From Candidatus Eiseniibacteriota bacterium (lineage in GTDB: Bacteria > Eisenbacteria > RBG-16-71-46): a DNA stretch of 64,000 nt. The stretch is taken from positions 1 through 64,000 of the forward strand of contig CAVUWA010000003.1 in assembly GCA_963744995.1 (NCBI GenBank), written 5' to 3'. The position numbers and the translations under genes were made by a program. Below, in pieces: positions 1-10,766 of the stretch. Every line of letters starts with the position of its first letter. Position 1 is the first letter of the stretch. The notes under the pieces were generated by a model that made no database searches, was not told the DNA's origin, and saw only the letters and a list, made by a program, of their open reading frames with translations.

Positions 1-861
1 AAAGCCTGAAGAGCAACTTGATGCGCTTCATCGACGACTAGCATCGAATACTCGAGTCCAACCTGAGCCCCGACCGCGTCCTCGAGGTCATCTTCTCGCC
101 AGAACGGTCACGTATTCTTCGCCCAGGAAGAACTTGGTGCGAGTTCGGCCTCGCCATTGCTCAAGCAATGACTTGGGGCGATGACCAACACCCGTGCTTC
201 ATGCGGGGGAATTGATCGCGTGCTGCCGCATGAGAACGCCTGCTTCGATCGTCTTTCCGAGTCCGACTTCATCTGCTAAGAGGTAGCGTTGCACAGGGTC
301 CGCAAGGATGCGTCGCACGGTGCTCACTTGATGTTCGATGAACTCGATTGCCGAGGACGCAATGCCGTACATCCGCCGAAGGCAGCCCGTTCTTGCGCGA
401 GGTAGCGCACCACGCGAGATCGAGCATCGTAGAAGAACGGCGTCTCGATGATCCGGGAAGCCAATGGTCCGATGGATCCTCGATGGCCGCGCCCAACGCA
501 CGTGGACCTGGGAGCTGGCCAACAGGCGCCGATGGTTGTTCGGAAACTGGACCTCGTAGTGGTCTCCGTTGCCGCCATCGCAGGGGGAAGAGCGCGAGGG
601 TTAATCGGTCCCTCTGTGATCCGGCCCCCAAACCACCGAGTCCCATCCGCACTACGACACATAAACGCGAGTCTGTGGTGAGAGATGAACAGGCTCTGCA
701 CACGGCCACTGGGCATCGCTTCCGACGAAAGCTGGGCCAGCAGGCGAGACGAAATATTCGATCTCCGCCTCAGCAGCAGTCCTTCCACGCAGTCTGCCGA
801 CTCCATCCCGGCTATTGACCACCCTTACGAATGAACCACGCGTTACAGGGGAAGCGGTCAT
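1..861 (-). CDS. dpdE: DpdE-like SNF2/RapA-type helicase, N-terminal part, runs off the left edge, several frameshifts
   Basis: Fragments in ORFs 652..861, 324..806 and 199..522 join into one protein with EHQVSTVRRILADPVQRYLLADEVGLGKTIEAG (SNF2 Walker A); dpd context. Confidence 0.75.
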
Positions 862-1514
862 GATCCTCGAGTCCGTCGGTGGGTCTAAAGAGTCGTCACT
901 CGTTGAGGCGTCGGCACACCTTCATCAGTGGATTCCACGCCATGCGTCCGCGCGAGGCAACGAATCAGACTTTCGCAGTTGCCGTCACCGCCTGTCGCCA
1001 CTGGGGGCGACGGTTCGCGTCCGGACGATGACATGGCAAGCCCAGGTCGATCCTAACAAAGCGACCCGGCTTCGCCAAGACCAGTCGCGGGCGCGGGTTC
1101 GGAGTGCCTGCGTCGTCTGAGTCCGTGCGGACTGTGCAAGGATGTTGAGTTGCGGCTCTGGCGAGATTGGAAGCGAAAGGATGAAGCGCAATGCGAGTAC
1201 CCACGTAGAGCGGCCAACCGCGTGGACTCTTGTGGTGGCGACGTCGCACTTGGACCGGCGGGCGCAGTGCGATGTGTCGGCCCACAGAGTGAAGTACTCG
1301 CAAGCGGGCACTCCACCGCACCACCCGCCAGCGTGCCACGACCCTCCTGAGAACGACTCCACAAACTCGACCCGAGGTCAGGGCTCCAAGCGCAAGGCTT
1401 GGCTCCGTCGACAGTTTCGGCCCCATGTCCCAGACCATGAAACTGCGATTGCCCACCAGCGGATCATCGGGTAGATTCGCCGAGCTCTTCGTAGCGAGCG
1501 GAGAGATCCGACAC

Positions 1515-2480
1515 GTGGCCGACCGCCTTCACATCATCGCAAGTTGCACCGACCGAAAGCGTTGGTCGGCGCCGAAGAACCTCCAACTGCGACACACTCC
1601 CAATTCCAAAGCCGAGACCCGTGCGCCCAGTGGTGGACGCCTGAGCCGAGGTCGGAGCCCCGCGGTCGCCCGGCGATGCGATCTGTACGGGTGGCCACTG
1701 GAGTGTCGTGCAGCAGTTGGCGCTCGCGCCAACGTGCAGGGTCCGAGCCACCTTTGGGTCGCTTCGGCCGGATACGGCTCGTGCCCTCGACGAGCAACTC
1801 GCGGCCCTACTCCGCGACATTTACTCCCGGCCTGCCGGATCCGTCTGTCCCTCCAAGGTGCTCCGCGGTGGATCGACCCCAGGTACTTGGGTGACTGGTG
1901 GCACTCTCTTAGCTGGACAAGCGCGGGCCTGAACACGGATTCCATAAGACACGTCCGGGACCTGGCGGGGGACCTCCGAAGAACTCCACCATTCTGATCA
2001 TTGCCTCAGGCAACTACGTGGCAGCTATGGAAGACGATCTTCTCCTTGCCCGCGAGGCGTCCCCTGGGACACTCCGATCGTCTGATCGTCGTCTCGGGGC
2101 GAATCGCAACATACCCCGCATCATCCTCCCGAATAGAGTCGCCGTTGACGCTCGGCTTCAGCCCCTGCTGGGTGGTGCACTCGCAACCCGTAGGGAGCGC
2201 GACTCGCACGGGAGTTCTTCGGAGGACTGGGAAGACGGGATCTGTCCGCAGAGCGACTCCAGCGGCGGTATCAAGCACTCAGCAAGCGGCAAAAGCCGGC
2301 ACCTTCGGCGGACCGGCCAGACTCCATGAGTGACGAAGACGTGCGCTCGTACTGGATCGCTGCTTCGAGAGCGATCCCGAATTTCGCCACACACCATTAC
2401 TGCGGGCGCTTAGGGACTCCGGGCGCTCCTGCGAAGCCAACCGCTTCCGCCGTCTCTTCCTTGAGAGAAACCCCTCATGA
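1515..2480 (+). CDS. DpdC-like protein (YaaA/DUF328-related), frameshifted
   Basis: Reassembled across frames: HIIASCTDRK ... DLYG ... LWVASAGYG ... PYSATF ... LRDSGRSCEANRFRRLF; GGAGAG upstream of the GTG start; stop overlaps dpdB start (ATGA). Confidence 0.55.
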
Positions 2481-3610
2481 AGTCGCCGAGTCGGATCCGC
2501 AGACGAGCCCTCAAGGTAAACCAGAGCAAGGAACACCCCTGTACCTCTTTGCCCTCACAGCAGAGGAGTTGCTCCTCGTCGCGGATATTTCGAGGGTCTC
2601 GCGGGATGAAGGCGGCAAGTTGATCGGCTATCAGCGCCCCGAAGTCCGACGCCAGTGACCTCCATCGTCGAGTACCTGAACGGGCCCGAGGTCTTGTTCC
2701 CGAACTCGATCATCATCGCGCTGTCCTCAAACGTCACTTTCACACAGATGCGGGGACCGAAGGTCGACATCGGCATGGCGGATGCGGGAACGCTTGAGAT
2801 CGGCTTCCCCCAAAAGGGCAACCAAGACCTGGTTGGATCGTCGATGGACAGCAGCGCGCCATCGCACTCTCGCGCAGTCGCCGGCACGACTTTCCAGTTC
2901 CCGTGAGCGCCTTCATTGCTGATGAAGTCGATCTGCAGCGAGATCAGTTCTTGCGGGTCAACAACACGAAACCACTCCCTCGCGGGCTCATCGGTGAACT
3001 ACTTCCTCAGGTCTCTACGATTCGCCGGCTAACCTCGCGGCTCGAAAGATACCGGCGGCGCTCTGCGAGATGCTGAGTCAAGACCCAGATTCGCCCTTCC
3101 ACGGCATCATCAGTCGGGCGTCTACCCCCTCGGCAAAGAGAAGCAAGGCGGTGGTCTCAGACACCGCGGTCATTCAGATGCTCCAGGAGAGCCTGACATC
3201 AGCCTCCGGCTGCCTCTTCCCCTATCGCAATCTCGCCACGGGCGAGACAGACTTCGAGGGTATCCGGCGCCTGCTGTTTTGCTACTGGACTGGAGTCAAG
3301 GAAACGTTCCCAAAGGCCTGGGGCAAACCGCCGAAGGCAAGTCGCCTCATGCACAGCATCGGCATCAGGGCGATGGGACGGCTTATGGACCGTGTTATGG
3401 CAACCGTCAGGGCAGACCACCCTCACGCGAGCAGGCTGGTTCGAAACGAACTTCGGCCTCTTCGACGGGTGTGCCGCTGGACCGAAGGGGCCTGGGAAGG
3501 CTTGGACGACCTGCGCTGGAACGAACTCCAGAGCATTCCGTGCTCACATCCGCCTGCTCTCGAGTTATGTCGCGCGCACCTACATGGAACACCGTCGAGG
3601 CCCCGTGTGA
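2477..3610 (+). CDS. dpdB: DGQHR/DndB-family protein DpdB (paralog 1), frameshifted
   Basis: GYQRPEV, FPNSIIIAL, WIVDGQQR and VNNT motifs spread over several frames; ends at GTGA overlapping dpdA. Confidence 0.8.
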
Positions 3611-4909
3611 AATTCTTCTTCCCAGACAGCCAAGACCTGGTCGATCCGAGCTTTGACTTCACGACCGAAGCCCGCTCAACGACTCGGGTCCGACAGCGGG
3701 ACGACCTGTATGCCCACGAGGTGTTCAGTGCCCCCGCCTATGACGGACTGCTAGTGTCCAAGGGCATCGTTGACGGCTTTGGCGAGACCGGCAGCCGCTA
3801 CTCCCAGGCGCAGCGACACCGCCTCTTGAGAAGCGGCTCGCAGAGTTCTTCGCACCGAGGGGGTAGCCGGAGGACGGTCCCGATAATGGGAGACTGCGGT
3901 GCGTTCACGTACGTCCGCGAGGAGCCTCCCTCCCTACTCCGTCGATGAGGTGCTTGCGTTTTACGAAGCCTGCCGGCTTGGACTTCGGGATCTCCGTTGA
4001 TCACGTCATTCTCGCGTACCGCCCCGAGTGGGACGCCCCCAAGGCACCAGTTCCGGCCGAGTTGCCCGCAGCGCGCGCCAGACAAGCTGTGGACAGTTGG
4101 AACTGGCCGCCCAGTTTCGCAGGCGCCTCGAGCGAGTCGCCTCCGCTTCGAACCCATGGGAGTGGCCCAGGGTTGGAGTCCCAAGTCCTACGCCCTCGCC
4201 GCCAAGGCGCTTCAAAAAATGGGCTATGGCTACATCGCGATCGGCGGCACTGGTGCCGCTCAAGACTCCGGAGATCATGGCCACACTCGAAGCGGTTGCC
4301 GCCGTACGCAAGGCGGACGTCCGGTTTCATCTGCTGGGCGTGACTCGCATCGACAACGTTGGTGAGTACGTCTCGTTTGGTGTCGCAGCCTGGCCGAGCC
4401 ATCGCCGCTGCGGCGGGCGTTCAAGGACGATCGGAACGACTACACTGCGGAGCGTGACCTACCCAGCGGTTCGCGTCCCGCAGGTGGACGCGAATCCGAA
4501 ACTGCTTCGTAGCATTCGCGCAGGTGAGGTCTCCTTCGAAGTCGCAGAGAACTCGAGCAGAGTTGCTTGCGACTGCTCGCCGCCTACGACGCCGGTCAGG
4601 CCTCGCTGGACACTGTGATCGACCAGTTGCGCCGGTACGAAGAGGTCTACGACCCTCGACATGATCATTCAGAGGTATACCGCGAAGTCCTGACCGACCA
4701 ACCCTGGAAGACGTGCGGCTGTGACATCTGCCGCCAGTTGGGCCATCACGTCATCCTGTTTCGCGGAGCCGAGCGCAATCGTCGGCGTGGGTTTCACAAC
4801 CTCTGGGTCTTCTACCGTCGCTTGCACGGCACCTCGCCTGCGCCGCGAAAGGGCTTCAGTTCCCCGTCGCCGTACGACGCAGACCACGATCTCGTTTCCG
4901 ACCACCTAG
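3607..4909 (+). CDS. dpdA: DNA-guanine transglycosylase DpdA (TGT-like), frameshifted; 3' end approximate
   Basis: N-terminal KFFFPDSQDLVDPSFDF, MGDCGAF, SVDHVI, GVAQGW, FHLLGVTR and the zinc motif CGCDIC...RRRGFHNL. Confidence 0.85.
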
Positions 4910-4935
4910 CCCCCAGAAGCCTGAGGACATCGACC

Positions 4936-6108
4936 ATGGCGAAGCCGGTATTAAGCGTTCCCGCAATCGAGGTGCGGCAGGGAGAGGACAGAGTCCTTTA
5001 CAGTTTTGCCATCGACGGCAAGCGTGTTCCCTCGTTCGCGGCCATCTCGCGCGTGAAGCGCTCGGATGGACAACTGGAGGGTTACCAGCGACCAGAGGTT
5101 CTTAGCCACATCTCGGAGATTCGGCAGTACATCGAAAGCACTGCCCCCATGATCCCGAATGCTATCGTGCTAGCTTTCGACAAGCGCGTGACCTTCGCGC
5201 CGAACAGGGCCACGAACGGGAAGAGGCAAGCGATTCGCGCTGGAACGCTCCACATCCCCGGTGGACGATTCCTTGCCAGACGCGCTAAAGCCTGGGTTCG
5301 TCGTGGACGGCCAGCAGCGTCTGGCTGCAATTCGTGACGCCAGAGTGGATTCCTTCCCGGTTTGTGTCACGGCATTCGTGACTGAGAACGTTGCTGAGCA
5401 GATCGAGCAGTTCATTCTCGTCAACTCGACCAAGCCACTCCAGAAAGGCTTGATCTACGAATTGCTTCCGGGAACTATCGCGGAGTTCCCACGATTCTCG
5501 AGCCCCCGGCGATTCCCCGCCCACCTCCTCGATCGCCTCAACTCCACAAGCGCATCTCCCCTGAAAGGCATGATTCAGACGCCGACGACCACGACGGGTG
5601 TCATCAAGGACACGTCCATCCTGAGGATGATCGAGGAACAGCTCAGCGACGAGGACTTCTCTACCGGTTCCGCGATCCGGCGGATGGTAAGGGAGACGCG
5701 GATCAAATGGTCGCGGGGCTCCACAACTTCTTCTCGGCGGTCCGGAATGTGTTCCCGAGAGCCTGGGGACTGCTCCTCGTCGCTGGCCGGACTCATGCAC
5801 GGAGCTGGGATCGTGAGTCTTGGCCTGCTGATGGATGCCATCGCAGAAAGAAAGCGCCGGAAGGGCGTTCCCGACCTAGAAGACTTCGAGGGCGACTTGA
5901 GTGCCCGTTGGTGGATGTCTGCCGGTGGACTGACGGCTATTGGGACTTCGGGCCCGGGCAAAAGCGCCGTTGGAACGAGATTCAGAACACCGGCAAGGAC
6001 ATCCAGTTGCTCTCCAACTATCTGCTCGTCCAGTACAAGGCGCTGGTCTGGAACAAAGTGGACGGCAACGCTTGCCGGCCGCGAGGTGAGGCGAAAGGCC
6101 CTGGCTAG
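4936..6108 (+). CDS. dpdB: DGQHR/DndB-family protein DpdB (paralog 2), frameshifted
   Basis: GYQRPEV, IPNAIVLAF, VVDGQQR, VNSTKPL and WNEIQN motifs; GAGG upstream of ATG 4936. Confidence 0.8.
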
Positions 6109-6260
6109 CTAGCAGGTCGCTCAAGTTCCAGCGTACAGTCACTCACGCGACACAGCGAAGGCGCCCAGTCGATCAATCGACCGGGCGCCCTTGGCATCTG
6201 GACACGGACTCGGATTGGGGTCAAGAAGTGCGGCCCCCGCCGCGCGTCCTCCTGATCGGC

Positions 6261-7064
6261 TCAGCTGGATTCGCGGCTCCACTCAACGCTCGCAAAGGCG
6301 CCGTGGTTGTGAATGCTCTCGTGATTCTCGGCGTGCACTCGGAACCACGACACGCGCGCATCGTCGCTGCAGGGTTGCGGCCACGTTGCGCACCATGTCC
6401 TCGACGAACGACCGGGTTGTCGTAGGCCTGCATCGTGACGTGCCGCTCATCCGGCGCTTGAGCAGCGGGTAGACCGGGGCGGACGCACGAACTCTCGGCC
6501 ACGTCGATCAGCTCCTCGATCCAGACAAGTGCGGTCCCCGTCTTCGTCCGAGCGCGTCCGCACGTCGATCGTGACGTAGCCGCGCTGGTTGTGGGCGCCG
6601 TACTCGCTGATCTCCTTGCTGCAGGGGCACAGGCTGGTGACCGGCACCGTCACGCCGAGCACGAAGTCGTCGACACGTGCCGTTGGCTTCACCGACGAAC
6701 GAGCACTCGTAGTCCATCAGCCCTCGGCTCCGCTGACCGGCGCGCTGCTCCACGAAGTACGGGAAACACACCTCGATCCGGCGCTCTCCGCGTCGAGTCG
6801 CTGCTTCAGAGTCTCGTGAGCATGCGCAGGCAGGGTCCGCATGGTCACTTCGCCGCGGTGCTCATTGAGCACCTCGATGAACCGGCTCATGTGCGTGCCC
6901 TTGAACGTCGTGCGGCAGACTCACCGACATCGCCAGGCGCGCGATCGTGTGCTGCTTCTCCGTGCTCTCGGTCAAGGACGACGATCGGGTAGCGAAGACC
7001 CGCAACGCCGGCCTGATCGAGCGCGATGCCGCGGACGTCTGGCGCGTCTCTGGACGTCGATCAC
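6261..7064 (-). CDS. folE2: GTP cyclohydrolase IB, frameshifted
   Basis: [26 protein letters not shown] and ESIHNH motifs. Confidence 0.85.
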
Positions 7065-7432
7065 GGCTCGTGCCTTCGCCGCGGTAAATGCAGCCTGAGT
7101 TGCAGGTCTCACGAACACTCACTTTGCTAAGTTGAGGCAATTTGGGCAGCACCTGCCGCCAGATCCAGCGCGCGAGTACCTCGCTGGTCGGGTTCTCGAG
7201 GCCCTCGATCTCGTTCAGGTAGTGATGGTCGAGCTGCTCTTAGGAGCGGCTTGAAAGCCGCCTTGATGTCCGCGAAGTCCATCACCCAGCCAGTGGGTTC
7301 GTCAGCATCGGCCCCTCGCACGTGGAACGCGACACGGAAGGAGTGTCCATGCAGTCTGGCGCACTTGTGCCCGGCTGGCACGTTCGGGAGCCGGTGTGCA
7401 GCCTCAAAGGTGAATTCCTTGAAGATCTCCAT
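7061..7432 (-). CDS. queD: 6-carboxytetrahydropterin synthase, frameshifted; 3' end approximate
   Basis: [32 protein letters not shown] ... VMDF ... [11 protein letters not shown]. Confidence 0.9.
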
Positions 7433-7460
7433 GCAGGTCCTCTAGTGGCTCCCACTTCAG

Positions 7461-7749
7461 TCAGTTCTGTGTCGAGAGTCGAACTACCTCGAATCCCAGG
7501 CCCCGCAGCCTTGTCACCGTGCCCTCGCCGCTGGAGAACTTAAGCGGCGACCCGGGCTCGAGTTCATTGGCCAGCTTGGTAGGCGATCCTGAGCACCAAC
7601 TTGGCGGGGAGAGCCCTGCCTCGAAACATGATTGCGATCCCTGACCGTGGGGAGCGTTTGTTCTTGTCCTCAGCGAGGACTCTTTCGCATGCGATAGTGA
7701 CGTGCTCAGGACGGATGCTGTTCCAGTTCAAGGCCACATCGGCCTCCAT
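7461..7749 (-). CDS. Small (~95 aa) protein resembling the N-terminal head domain of McrA/McrB-type enzymes; one frameshift near 7575
   Basis: ORF 7564..7749 continues after one indel as LANELEPGSPLKFSSGEGTVTRLRGLGFEVVRLSTQN; LPAKLVLRIAY ... FSSG ... LGFEV pattern. Confidence 0.5.
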
Positions 7750-7769
7750 TACGGTCCGAAGACCTGCAG

Positions 7770-8412
7770 CTAAGGGATTGCCCAGAACTTATGCGCCTGG
7801 ATCCCAAGACGCCACCGGGGGTGATCAAGGCAGTACTGAACGGTGAGCCTCATGTTCTCCTCGAGTTTGGGGCCATCCATCGGCTGCAACAGAAAGGTGT
7901 TGAAGTCCAGGCGTTCGAATCTCTCGGGTTCAGCGCCGACCTGTGGAAGAGACGGTTTCAGTTCGTTCCCGGTCGTGAGCGCCAGTGCAGTCCCAGCCTT
8001 TGGCTCACGCACACCCAATCCACGCCGGGTGGAGGAATCTTCGTGCCGTTTGTTTCGACAGCGACCTCGAAACCTTCTCCGTGTAGAGCTTCAACAAGTG
8101 GTTCGTCGAGTTGAAGGAGAGGTTCGCCGCCCGTACACACAACGAGACTTTTGGACTTGGGCGCCTCTGGCCATGCTCCGCTCACTGCCACCGCGAGGGC
8201 CTGCGCGGTCTCGTAGCGCCCCCACCCACACCATCGATTCCAACGAAGTCTGTGTCGCACCATTGAGAGCAGCCACCTGCACCCTTCCCCCGATCTTGCT
8301 CCCGGCCAGTCCAAAGGTTGCAGCCTGTAAAGCGCAGGAAGACTGCGGCGCGGCCGGCGTTCATTCCTTCGCCCTGGATGGTGTAGTAGACGGACTTGAC
8401 CGCGTAACTCAT
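7770..8412 (-). CDS. queE: 7-carboxy-7-deazaguanine synthase (radical SAM, Cx14Cx2C type), frameshifted
   Basis: YTIQGEG, FTGCNLW...[28 protein letters not shown]. Confidence 0.9.
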
Positions 8413-9123
8413 CGCACTCCTCTGGCCTCTGGCCTATAGGGGGCCGGGTCCATCAATCCACTCTCGCGGAAGCCCTTAAGGCGAAGTTGGCAGGAGTCGC
8501 ACTCGCCGCACGCCTCGCCGCTCGGCGAAGGGTCATAGCACGTGACGGTCAGCGAGTAGTCGACACCGAGTGCGATACCGCGCTTGATGATCTCGGCCTT
8601 GGTGAGGCTGATCAGGGGCGTGTGAATCTTGAGTCGCTGCGTGCCCTCTACCCCTGCCTTGGTGGCCAAGTTGGCCATGCACTCGTAAGCCTCAATGTAC
8701 TCGGGTCGACAGTCAGGGTAGCCGCTGTAGTCGAGGGCGTTGACACCAATGTAGACATCGTGGGCCGAAAGCACCTCGGCCCAAGCCAACGCGAAGGAGA
8801 GAAAGATCGTGTTCCGAGCTCGGGACGTATGTCACCGGAATCCCGCCGGACATGTCCTCAGCCGAGCGGCCCTTTGGCACCTGCATGTCTGATGTGAGGG
8901 CCGAAACCCCCGAAGACTCGCAGGTTGATGTCGCTGACGACGTGCTCTGAGACCGCGAAACTCACGGCGACGCGGTGTGCAGCCGCGAGTTCGGCTTGAT
9001 GCCGTTGGCCATAGCGAACGTCAGCGCATGCGCATCGAACCCTTCGCTCTGGGCAATTGCCAGCACGGTGGTTGAGTCAAGTCCACCGCTCAGAAGCACA
9101 ACGGCTCTAGGCTTTGCGCTCAT
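8409..9123 (-). CDS. queC: 7-cyano-7-deazaguanine synthase, frameshifted
   Basis: [11 protein letters not shown]-loop, [15 protein letters not shown]...CGECDSC zinc motif. Confidence 0.9.
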
Positions 9124-9385
9124 GGTCTCCCTGTCCGCCCGCCTCACTGCTGAAGAGGCTCAGTTGATCCCTCGCTGCACCGCCGGCTGGCTCGATCCGA
9201 TTCGCGTACTCGAGCACGGCACGAGTTTCGGACTCGCTGAAGACTACCCGGCGATCACGGTAAACGTGGCCACTCGGGATCTTCCCCTCTTGTCGCCATC
9301 GCCAGATGGTCTGTCGAGAGACGTTTGCCTCGCCAGCCACTTCCGAGAGCGCGTAAAATGTTGTTCCGTCGATGCTTAGTGGCAC
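9107..9385 (-). CDS. Xis/MerR-like helix-turn-helix DNA-binding protein heading the que operon
   Basis: [25 protein letters not shown] ... RRVVFSESE; overlaps the queC start. Confidence 0.7.
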   Translation of the reverse strand: MPLSIDGTTFYALSEVAGEANVSRQTIWRWRQEGKIPSGHVYRDRRVVFSESETRAVLEYANRIEPAGGAARDQLSLFSSEAGGQGDHERKA

Positions 9386-9406
9386 CTGTGGAGGCCTCGT
9401 TACGAG

Positions 9407-9425
9407 ACGTTGCATAACGTTGCAT
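9407..9425. promoter_or_regulatory. Tandem direct repeat ACGTTGCAT x2 (10-bp period), candidate operator
   Basis: ACGTTGCAT at 9407-9415 and 9417-9425, just upstream of the HTH gene. Confidence 0.4.
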
Positions 9426-9699
9426 CCTAGCAAGAGTGGAACGCAATGGCCAGAAGCTCGAGGATCCCCCCGCCGCAGTACGCCTTGGCCGTGCCGGACT
9501 CGATCAGGCCGTGGATCGCGCCCGCGGAGTCGGCCGCAGCGGTTCAGGATAGCTCCCGGCGTCAAGCGATCCGAGCACTCCCCGTCGTGAGTTGAGGCGA
9601 ACCGTTGTTTGGAACATGGCAACCACCTAGGTGTGTTGGACCCGATCGCGCCGGGCAACGGCGCCAGATCCGAGTAGCCCCGCCGAGGCGAGGGAAGCT

Positions 9700-10753
9700 A
9701 TGCTCCCTGAGAACTCCAGGCATCTTGCTGTTGCATGGATGGTTACACATTGCCCATCCAACTCAGAGCTACGTGAGCGCTTTCAGGTCGGCTCCCGGGG
9801 TCTGTCCTCTGCGCCATTTGCCATTCGCGTTGAATCTCCTGCAACTGAGCACTCTGTTCTCGGGAAGGCAACCACCACGTTGGCGGACGCACTTGCCCCA
9901 ACCCAGGGTTCGGTCGCTGTGCCGCCGCGGGACTACTCAGATGATTGAGCAGGGCGCGACCGATGGCGAGCACTTGTGCAGGTTCGTCAATGCACGGCTC
10001 TTGGCTTCGGCACCATCGAGGTCGGACTCGAGACTGCGTTGAAACCCACGGGGCGTCCGTCGGAACTAGTCGACTTCTTCCGTCAGGTGACCGCGGTGGC
10101 AACGACGGGCCGCATCGTCTCCGCAGGCGCTTCGTTGGCGCAGACACTGGACCCACGCGACCCGGCCTTTCGCAGCGAACTGAGAATCCTCCTCCGCGAC
10201 TACATCCACATCCCGTATCGCCTCCTTGATGAGGTATTCCGCTTCTCTCAGAGGGCGGTTCTCGCCAGCAACCGAACCTGTCGCGAATTCCACCAAGAAC
10301 CGCCTACGCACCTGGGCTGCGCGGAACCACCGACATTGTTACATGTGTGGCGTAGCGCTCGATTTTGATGCCCACGACGCCGTTGCGACCTACACCAGCG
10401 ACCATGTTTGGCCGCGGGCCTATGGCGGGAATAGCATCATCGAGAATCTGCTCCCCGCATGCAGTTCATGTAATTCTCGCAAGAAGGCGCAGTTCGCCAC
10501 ATGGACCATGCCGGCGGTTCAGTCGTTAGTGCTTGGGCTTTCACCAACATTCACCCGCCTTCAGGAGATACACGGAAGCTACAAGTTCGCACTTCACTAC
10601 CGTGCGGCTCAGCGGCTAGCACTTCAGCGGAAACTCAACCTCAAGGATGCCTTTCTGCAGTTAGGCCCCTGGCACGACGTGCGCATACTTGATAGTGGCG
10701 ATGTGGTGGACATATTCAATCTCGAGAACCACGCACCTGAAGCTCTCTCCTAG
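9700..10753 (+). CDS. HNH endonuclease with an uncharacterised N-terminal region, disrupted frame
   Basis: CYMCG ... TSDHVWPRAYGGNSIIENLLPACSSCNSRK (zinc-binding HNH); N-terminus in ORFs 9631..9948 and 9976..10368. Confidence 0.75.
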
Positions 10754-10766
10754 CAGCGGAGTGTCC

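Noticed and set aside
9946..9948. In-frame TGA in the HNH gene N-terminus as a second Sec codon
   Set aside because: No Cys-type motif context and no clear hairpin; it lies in the indel-rich region, so an error is more likely.
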